12,381 nucleotides of DNA from the IMG/VR virus record IMGVR_UViG_2703718850_000011. One strand, 5' to 3'. Below, in pieces: positions 1 through 6,067 of the stretch (within the stretch, counting starts at the first letter, position 1; each line of letters begins with the position of its first letter). Below the pieces are notes generated by a model. The model had not been told where the DNA came from and did not search any database. It saw only the letters and a program-made list of their open reading frames with translations. Position numbers and translations under genes: made by a program. Source of the DNA: a virus. Taxonomy: Duplodnaviria > Heunggongvirae > Uroviricota > Caudoviricetes.

Positions 1-486
1 TTAACGGATAAACAGCCAGATCAGCAGACACACCATCACCAGCACAGCAAAATCCATCAGGCTTGCCACATCCCATGCACATGATTCAAAACCGCCCCAC
101 CACGGCATATCATACGCCTGCAATACCCGAACATTTCAATCCAGCGATTATTCAGTCTGGGTGTGTTCGCGCACAATGAAGAACGTACAACCAGAGCCTA
201 CACAACCACAGCACAAACTGCATGAAGGCAAGGTGTTATATCTATAACCTCTCCTGTTTTCATCAACAAACAAAAATCAATTCCCGCCCCAAGGGGAAAA
301 TGATATCGTGAAGTCGATGCAAAAAAGTGTTGCACTCGTGCTATCCCTTGTCGTTAGCGGAGGTTGCGAAAGTCAACAGATAAAGTTATAGTTACACCGA
401 TGCATAAGCATTGCTTAAAATTTAACAACATTCCCTATTAGACTTGAGAATACTGTTAACAACACCCAACAAACTAGGAGTAAAGC

Positions 487-531
487 ATGATTAGAAACTT
501 TCGATTCTCTGATGAGCATCCGGATTTCTGA
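487..531 (+). CDS. Candidate leader peptide ORF, 14 codons (MIRNFRFSDEHPDF)
   Basis: Consensus Shine-Dalgarno AGGAG at 476-480 with 6-nt spacer to ATG 487. Lies 40 nt upstream of the hairpin at 571-601 and about 70 nt upstream of the main ORF. Confidence 0.3.
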   Translation: MIRNFRFSDEHPDF

Positions 532-570
532 TTAGGCTCTAAAAGCACCGAAGTCGGGATATGAGTGCAC

Positions 571-601
571 AAGGGCGGTTTTTAACCGCCCTTAGCTTTT
601 T
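571..601 (+). promoter_or_regulatory. Terminator-like hairpin plus T-tract immediately 5' of the 602 start codon (possible attenuator or translational control element)
   Basis: Perfect inverted repeat AAGGGCGGT (571-579) / ACCGCCCTT (585-593) around a short T-rich loop, then AGC and TTTTT (597-601) running directly into ATG 602. Confidence 0.45.
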
Positions 602-1606
602 ATGGACCAAAGTATGACAATCGAATTCTGTCTGGCTGTCTTGACAAGTAAATCTGTGATAGCCCTTCTTAATTTTCTTTTTCTCGCTTTAGTAATAGTG
701 ATGGGAGCTCTGCTCGGAAGCACGCTTCGAACTGGAAAAAACAGCGATACTAGTGACAAAAAGTTCATTGGTAGCACGCATATGATAGGTATTGGTGCTG
801 CTTTTATCTGCGTCCCCTTCATAGCTTCATTTCTACATCTAAATTATCAGTCACTTTTGCTTCCGCTAGCCGATACAACAGCAGCCGTATACATTGAACA
901 GTTGTTCATGCTGATATCTCTTGCAGGCATAGCTTCCTATCTTGGTTATGGGCTACTTGATAACATTGCAAACAAAGTTCTTCAGAGCCAGGTGCAAGAG
1001 ATTGGCCAGGAGCAAAAAGAAGCCAAACACTCTATCGAAGCTTTAGTTAATGAGAATAAGCAAATCAAGAGCAATGAGAAAAAAATCAGGCTCGAACTGC
1101 TGTATTTGAAAGCTAAAGATGCTGTAGAGTCAGGTCAGCGATATGGTGAGAAAACAACTGAAGAAGATAAGCTAGCTTCTAAGAAGAAATACAATGATGC
1201 CCTTGCTTTTTTAGATGAGGGGCTTAGAGAAATCAATGAAGAAGATGACTATCATTCATTTGACAGATTCATGGTTTTGAAAGCATTTACCCTAAAGCGA
1301 ATTGATGATATTGCAGGCGCGCTGGAAATTGTTAAAAAATTATTAGTGAAAGATAAAACAAATCCAGTCTTGCTTTACAACATGGGTTGTTACCTTTTGC
1401 TATCTAAGCAGCATAAAGATGAACAAGAAGTTAAAGATTTCATTATGAAAGCTTTGACTGTTACTCCAGAGAAAGAGGCGCATAAACCCTTGCAGAAAAA
1501 AATCATAGAAAAAGTTTTGGCGCGCTTGGATTCAGATATACAGGATCTGTTTAATGATGATGAGTTAGCCAGAATCAGAGAGATGGTTGGGAGCAAAGCA
1601 AACTAG
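602..1606 (+). CDS. Hypothetical membrane protein: three predicted N-terminal TM helices, coiled coil, TPR-like helical C-terminal domain; AT-rich cargo gene
   Basis: Only long ORF in the AT-rich island. Hydrophobic segments at about residues 8-38, 60-80 and 97-118; charged coiled coil at about 125-165; helical-repeat C-terminal region. Codon usage strongly A/T-biased, unlike the neighbouring phage genes. Followed by an intrinsic terminator. No obvious Shine-Dalgarno before ATG 602 or the alternative ATG 614. Confidence 0.7.
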   Translation: MDQSMTIEFCLAVLTSKSVIALLNFLFLALVIVMGALLGSTLRTGKNSDTSDKKFIGSTHMIGIGAAFICVPFIASFLHLNYQSLLLPLADTTAAVYIEQLFMLISLAGIASYLGYGLLDNIANKVLQSQVQEIGQEQKEAKHSIEALVNENKQIKSNEKKIRLELLYLKAKDAVESGQRYGEKTTEEDKLASKKKYNDALAFLDEGLREINEEDDYHSFDRFMVLKAFTLKRIDDIAGALEIVKKLLVKDKTNPVLLYNMGCYLLLSKQHKDEQEVKDFIMKALTVTPEKEAHKPLQKKIIEKVLARLDSDIQDLFNDDELARIREMVGSKAN

Positions 1607-1622
1607 CCCATCCTTGTTCTTT

Positions 1623-1652
1623 GAAGCGCCTGTAAAATGGCGCTTGTTTTTG
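1623..1652 (+). terminator. Rho-independent terminator downstream of the 602-1606 gene
   Basis: Stem AAGCGCC (1624-1630) / GGCGCTT (1639-1645) with 8-nt loop TGTAAAAT, followed by GTTTTTG, starting 17 nt after the stop codon. Confidence 0.65.
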
Positions 1653-1831
1653 AGTTCTATACTTTCAGCAGAAAAATAATTTCAGGACTATTTTCAGACA
1701 AATTCATATAAAATAAATAATACCAACATTGAGTATCCGCTCTGTAATTATATAATCTATGTACAGGCTCCTATCGAACGCAAGTCAGCCAGCTGTAGTA
1801 CGTTCTTGCATACGACATGCCGCAGCTTCTG

Positions 1832-2395
1832 TTATTCTGGCACGAAATTCCTCACCGACTTCAAATCCGCCATATTATTCAGCTCTTCCTTCATCTCCCG
1901 CTGGCGACGATAAATCTCGTCATTGCGATCGACCTGTGCCTGAACCATTGCAGTAAGCAGTTCATCCAGTTGTTGCATCGACAGTTTCACCTGCTGGTTT
2001 TCTGCATCGCCCCATACCATGGTTTTTCGCGCAGTGTCAGACTTTGATGCCATTACTGCCGGATAAAGACGAGCCAGTGAGTCGGCCCCAGCATTCCAGG
2101 TACGACCGTTCCATTCGAACGTGAACGGCTGCGCTTCCTGTTCTGTGCGCCAGGCTTCGATTTCCCGCTTTTTGGCATCTCTGGCTGCGGCAATAACTTC
2201 AGGCGTGACTGTGAACGGGGCGATTTCACCCCATCTGCCACTCTGCAGTTCCTGCCAGATTTGCCGGCCAGTTTCTGCTGTATCATTTGCCGAAGCTGTG
2301 TATGGAAGTGGCATTTCCATACCTGAAAACACGACCATGCAGTCAACATCTCCGGTTTCAAGATACCTTTGTTCGCTGATTTTTTTTATTTTCAT
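1832..2395 (-). CDS. Putative tail fibre assembly / chaperone protein (assigned by position), 187 aa from ATG at 2395
   Basis: Immediately downstream of the tail fibre gene with coupled start (TGATG). Size is typical for tail fibre assembly proteins (lambda Tfa 194 aa). I do not recognise the conserved Tfa sequence itself, so the family assignment is positional only. The six-frame ORF starts at GTG 2398; the ATG at 2395 is the likelier start. Confidence 0.5.
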   Translation of the reverse strand: MKIKKISEQRYLETGDVDCMVVFSGMEMPLPYTASANDTAETGRQIWQELQSGRWGEIAPFTVTPEVIAAARDAKKREIEAWRTEQEAQPFTFEWNGRTWNAGADSLARLYPAVMASKSDTARKTMVWGDAENQQVKLSMQQLDELLTAMVQAQVDRNDEIYRRQREMKEELNNMADLKSVRNFVPE

Positions 2396-3858
2396 CACAT
2401 CGTCCTTATAAAAGCAGCAATAATAAACTCACCTTCTCCGGTGTAATCCGGAGTTCCGGATAATGCACGGTAAACACCCGGCAATGTGTGCTTCTCTGTA
2501 CCAGAAAGCCCAATCTTCGGCGACGATAATGCTCCATCCGGAACACTGAATACCACGGGAGTAAGGACGGAGCCCGGGTAATATTGCCCTCGTACGACGC
2601 TAGCTGTTTTAGTGCTGCCACGGCTATTAAAGGCTGCCAGTGTTATGCTTCCAGCATACGGATCACCATAATTATCGTTTGTGGTCATGCTCAGGATTTT
2701 GGCAATATCATACAGGTCAATATTTATTTTCTCCCATTCACTCAGTGAAGGGCCATGTATGGCATCGTATGTTGCCCGATACAGTTCACCGTTCATCCCG
2801 TAAAAAACAGCCATCTTCAGCATCAGCGGGACAGTAAGGTTATTCCGCATCTCATCAGCGAAAAATAAATCAATCACACCTGTAAACTGTACTTCCGGTA
2901 TAATTTCGCAGTCAGCGCTGACCGTATACCGCCCCGGTGTGGCATTTGAGATCCAGTCAAGAAGCACTTCCTTCGACGAAAAGCTGAGAACGTCACCTTT
3001 TGTGAAGATATGCCCGAATCCCAGACTTCCTGCAACAGCGGCCCGCCCCTGCGTTCTGTCATAAATGTCTGACTGAAGCCCATAATTTCCGCCTGCTGCT
3101 GAGTTTCCACTATTTCCATTGATACCCAGAACGTCACACATCTCTTCGGCTGTGGATTGTGACAACAGCTGTTTCCCTTTTTCAGAAACAGGAGCCAGAG
3201 AACACTGCCCGTTACCGCTAAAACTGGGAAACCCATCTTCACCGGATGGAAGACGGCCTAACGCAGTCAGAACGGGATTTAAAGGCTGTTTTCCGTCCAG
3301 CATCTTCATTATCGTTACGGAAAACGCCGGGTCATTACCCAGCGCCTCCGCCAGTTCGTTCAGCGTGTCCAGGGTTTCCGGAGAAGAACCCACAAGAGCA
3401 GCAAGCAGTTTGCGGACAAACGCCGCATTCACTGTTTCCAGACCTGAAGCATCGTCCGGTGGTGTCGGTGTCATAGGGGTACCGGTGAAGACCGGACTAT
3501 CCAGTGACGCTTTTGTCTTCACCTCATTCATGACCTTACTGACTGCAAGGGATGTGGCGGCCTCTGTCTGCGAAGTGCTGTCAGTACGGTTACTGAGCTT
3601 GACAACTCCCTTTGTGGTCGTACTGGCATCTTCCAGGCCCACAGCAGATGCAATCTCCTCTGCCCGTTTTGCCGCATTTTCTGCGCGTGTTGCTGCAGAC
3701 TCAGCAGAACTTTTGCTCTGCACTGCCACCGCTGCACTACCTGCAGCCTCTTCCGCCTTACCGAATGCCTCGCCGGCCAATGATGCCGCCGCTGCTTCAT
3801 AGCCCGCCGCGGTGGATGCGCTCTGTGCCGCTGCCGTTTCAGAAGACCTGGCGTTCAT
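2395..3858 (-). CDS. stf: Side tail fibre protein, C-terminal fragment (487 aa from first ATG); frame stays open upstream to about 4155 without a start codon
   Basis: Ala/Ser-rich shaft repeats (KTSETNA..., SKSSAESAATRAENAAKRAEEIASAV...LEDASTTTKGVVKLS) followed by a globular C-terminal domain, with a small putative chaperone gene immediately downstream (1-nt TGATG overlap). The N-terminal part of a full-length fibre is absent. Confidence 0.75.
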   Translation of the reverse strand: MNARSSETAAAQSASTAAGYEAAAASLAGEAFGKAEEAAGSAAVAVQSKSSAESAATRAENAAKRAEEIASAVGLEDASTTTKGVVKLSNRTDSTSQTEAATSLAVSKVMNEVKTKASLDSPVFTGTPMTPTPPDDASGLETVNAAFVRKLLAALVGSSPETLDTLNELAEALGNDPAFSVTIMKMLDGKQPLNPVLTALGRLPSGEDGFPSFSGNGQCSLAPVSEKGKQLLSQSTAEEMCDVLGINGNSGNSAAGGNYGLQSDIYDRTQGRAAVAGSLGFGHIFTKGDVLSFSSKEVLLDWISNATPGRYTVSADCEIIPEVQFTGVIDLFFADEMRNNLTVPLMLKMAVFYGMNGELYRATYDAIHGPSLSEWEKINIDLYDIAKILSMTTNDNYGDPYAGSITLAAFNSRGSTKTASVVRGQYYPGSVLTPVVFSVPDGALSSPKIGLSGTEKHTLPGVYRALSGTPDYTGEGEFIIAAFIRTM

Positions 3859-4155
3859 CTCGGATGTTTTTGCCTCCTTCGCGGCATTTTCTGCCGCCGT
3901 TGCCGAGGAGGCTGCACCACTGGCGCTTGATGATGCGTTCGTTTCTGATGATTTTGCTGCCTCTTTTGAGGCCTCCGCCTCACGGGCTGAGGTGGCAGCT
4001 TCTGACGCTTTCGCGGTCGCGGTGGATGCTGAGGTGGCGGCTGATTGTTGTGACGCTGCCGCATTCGTTTCTGACGTTTTCGCGGCAACAGCACTGGTGG
4101 CCGCCGCGCTTTTCGAGGACTCTGCAGCGGCTGCACTTTTTGATGCCTCAGAGTC
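3590..4155 (-). repeat. Imperfect tandem Ala/Ser-rich peptide repeats of the tail fibre shaft (coding repeat)
   Basis: Translation in the stf frame: EASKSAAAAESSKSAATSAVAAKTSETNAAASQQSAATSASTATAKASEAATSAREAEASKEAAKSSETNASSSASGAASSATAAENAAKEAKTSEMNARSSETAAAQSAS... The recurring KxSETNA / SSA units generate spurious long ORFs in all other frames. Confidence 0.55.
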
Positions 4156-4394
4156 TCATGTAACTGCGCCGTTAACCCGGACGTGCTGACGTCCCGCCCG
4201 GCAATCCGTACCTGATACCAGCCGTCGCTCAGTTTCTGACGAAACGCCGGGAGCTGTGTGGCCAGTGCGCGGATGGCTTCAGCCCCCGTTTTCACACGAA
4301 GGTCGATGCGGCGGCCAAATCGTTGTAAATCCCCGTAAAGGCAGATGCGCGCCATGCCCGGTGACGCCAGAGGGAGTGTGTGCGTCGCTGCCAT
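3855..4394 (-). pseudogene. I: Tail tip assembly protein I, N-terminal about 82 codons only, continuing out of frame into tail-fibre repeat sequence
   Basis: Starts MAATHTLPLASPGMARICLYGDLQRFGRRIDLRVKTGAEAIRALATQLPAFRQKLSDGWYQVRIAGRDVSTSGLTAQLHETL (gpI-like). From about 4148 downward the frame yields an Arg/Pro/Gln-rich low-complexity string, which is the alternate-frame reading of the Ala/Ser-rich tail-fibre repeats that run in another frame. Confidence 0.7.
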
Positions 4395-5035
4395 TTGTCG
4401 GTATACCTCTCTCGTTTGCTCAGTTGTTCAGGAATATGGTGCAGCAGCTCGCCGTCACCACAGTAAATGGCGGCATGATTCGGCACCGATGAACCAAAGC
4501 AGCACAGCAGCACATCGCCCGGTTGTGCTGATGACAACGGCACCTGATACAGCCCTGTGGCCTCCAGATTATCCAGATAGAGATTCTGACCGTGACGCCA
4601 CCAGTCATCCTCACGATGAAAATCCGGCATCTCAATCCCCGCCAGATGATAAGCATCCCGGAACAGCGTGTAACAGTCCGTCACCCCGTGCTCAAAGCAC
4701 CGCCCGGTAAGATGCGGCACACAGCGGAACTTATGAATCGTCCCCCGGCAGACCAGCCACCACGGCAAATCACTCTGCACCTGCAGCCGCCGGTCGGCCT
4801 CACTCAGCCAGGGCAGACCACCGGGGTGGCTGTGGACCAGCGCCACTATCTCACCCTGCATTTCTGCCTGCAGCCAGTCCTCCGGAACCATCCGGAAATA
4901 CGCCTCCGGCTCACCGGAGATATTCACGCAGGGGAAATATCTTTCCCCCTCCGGCGTGCTTACCACGAAGCCGCACGACTCCGCTGGCGCACATCGCCGG
5001 GCGTGCGCCAGAATCGCTGATTCTGTCTCTGTCAT
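4292..5035 (-). CDS. K: Tail tip assembly protein K with JAB/MPN and NlpC/P60 domains, 247 aa from ATG at 5035
   Basis: JAMM motif HSHPGGLPWLSEAD (H-x-H-x7-S-x2-D) followed by an NlpC/P60-like region with candidate catalytic Cys (GVTDCYTLF) and His. The six-frame ORF extends to 5077, but the ATG at 5035 (MTETESAIL...) sits 1 nt after the L stop and is the likelier start. Overlaps the I start by about 100 nt, as in lambda. Confidence 0.85.
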   Translation of the reverse strand: MTETESAILAHARRCAPAESCGFVVSTPEGERYFPCVNISGEPEAYFRMVPEDWLQAEMQGEIVALVHSHPGGLPWLSEADRRLQVQSDLPWWLVCRGTIHKFRCVPHLTGRCFEHGVTDCYTLFRDAYHLAGIEMPDFHREDDWWRHGQNLYLDNLEATGLYQVPLSSAQPGDVLLCCFGSSVPNHAAIYCGDGELLHHIPEQLSKRERYTDKWQRRTHSLWRHRAWRASAFTGIYNDLAAASTFV

Positions 5036-5039
5036 GGGA

Positions 5040-5738
5040 TTACTGCGAAAGTTTGTTAATGGAAAGGAAGCCGCCAAAGTTGCCGACGTTATTGCGGAAC
5101 TTACAACCGCTCAGGCATTTGCTGCATTTATCCTTCGTGATATCGGACGTTGGCTGGTCATATTCATCCGCGACCGCCGGACCGTGATAACCGCACTCAT
5201 CGCCGCGATAGGTCCAGGTGCAGGTGTTGGCCAGCATGATACGTCCCGGAAAAACAGCGCCGTCCGTTTCCGTCGGCGTGGACAGTACAAAGGAGGCACT
5301 CACCGCGCTCAGTTCGCTGCACTGCTCAATGCGCCAGCGGCTGATCACCTCCTGCTCCGGATCGGCGTCACTGTTTCCGTTGACGAAGTTCACCGCATCC
5401 AGAAAACGGGCGTAAACCTTACGCCGGACCACCGTTCCGCCGACCAGACTCTGCAGATCTTCCGCCATCCCGGTGACCATACCGTACAGGTTAGAAACCG
5501 TCAGCGTGGGGCGCGTACTGGTGCCTTTGCCATTCAGTTCAAAACCACTCCCCTGAATGGGATACGGCTGATACTGTCGCCCCTGCCAGGTGACCGGCTC
5601 ACCTTTTTCGTTCTGCTCATTACAGAAAAAATAACGTTCTCCACCGACCTCTGTCAGGTCGATTTCCCAGAGCACCACGCTGGCCGACTGCTCCGCACGG
5701 GTGCATTCATTCAGTGTTTCCTGCCGGATATCCTGCAT
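5040..5738 (-). CDS. L: Tail tip protein L, 232 aa
   Basis: 232 aa, the lambda gpL length. C-terminal cysteine cluster (TCTWTYRGDECGY ... CSKCLSGCKF) typical of gpL. Gene order H-M-L-K. Confidence 0.9.
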   Translation of the reverse strand: MQDIRQETLNECTRAEQSASVVLWEIDLTEVGGERYFFCNEQNEKGEPVTWQGRQYQPYPIQGSGFELNGKGTSTRPTLTVSNLYGMVTGMAEDLQSLVGGTVVRRKVYARFLDAVNFVNGNSDADPEQEVISRWRIEQCSELSAVSASFVLSTPTETDGAVFPGRIMLANTCTWTYRGDECGYHGPAVADEYDQPTSDITKDKCSKCLSGCKFRNNVGNFGGFLSINKLSQ

Positions 5739-6067
5739 CAGTTCACCACCTGTTCAAATTCTGCGCTGAACTCAACACGCAGCATACTGACCCGCGACGA
5801 CCATTTTGCGCAGGTCACCTTTATCTGCCGCCACTCATAAGGCGGCGTCCACAGAAAGGATTTCCAGCCCCCGTGCTCAGCCAGAAACGACTCAAGCGCC
5901 GTGGCCTCCCAACGGGGAACAGAAAGCGTCACGCTGTACGTTTTCAGGTCGGCATTCAGCCCGGCAGGCGCTCGCTGGGAATAGCCATCACCAAAGCGCA
6001 CCTTTCTTACGGAAGGGGCCGAAGCCACATCCATACCGGGTTTCACTTTCCAGCGGAAGGTTTTCAT
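5738..6067 (-). CDS. M: Tail tip protein M, 109 aa
   Basis: 109 aa, the lambda gpM length. Position between H and L; ATGA overlap with H stop and with L start. Recognisable gpM sequence (FRWKVKPGMD..., WKSFLWTPPYEW). Confidence 0.88.
   Translation of the reverse strand: MKTFRWKVKPGMDVASAPSVRKVRFGDGYSQRAPAGLNADLKTYSVTLSVPRWEATALESFLAEHGGWKSFLWTPPYEWRQIKVTCAKWSSRVSMLRVEFSAEFEQVVN

Noticed and set aside
300-308. ATG at 300 with a good upstream AAGGGG motif
   Set aside because: The frame terminates after three codons (MIS-stop). The motif more plausibly serves the GTG/ATG frame at 308/317, if anything.
571-601. Hairpin at 571-601 as a terminator for a minus-strand transcript
   Set aside because: On the minus strand the stem is not followed by a T-tract. 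The T5 run is on the plus-strand side only.
602-1606. Possibility that the AT-rich gene is a lambda lom or bor type moron
   Set aside because: Lom is a signal-peptide-bearing outer-membrane beta-barrel and Bor a small lipoprotein. This product has internal TM helices, no cleavable signal peptide and a long helical soluble domain.
3855-4148. Arg/Pro/Gln-rich C-terminal extension of the I-like ORF, which looks like a nucleic-acid-binding basic domain
   Set aside because: It is the out-of-frame translation of the tail-fibre Ala/Ser repeat downstream of a deletion junction, not an evolved domain.
3119-4189. Plus-strand ORFs 3119-3802, 3612-4163 and 3812-4189 with Ala/Pro/Arg-rich translations
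   Set aside because: Antisense or alternate-frame readings of the Ala/Ser-rich tail-fibre repeat region. The repeat keeps several frames open by chance.
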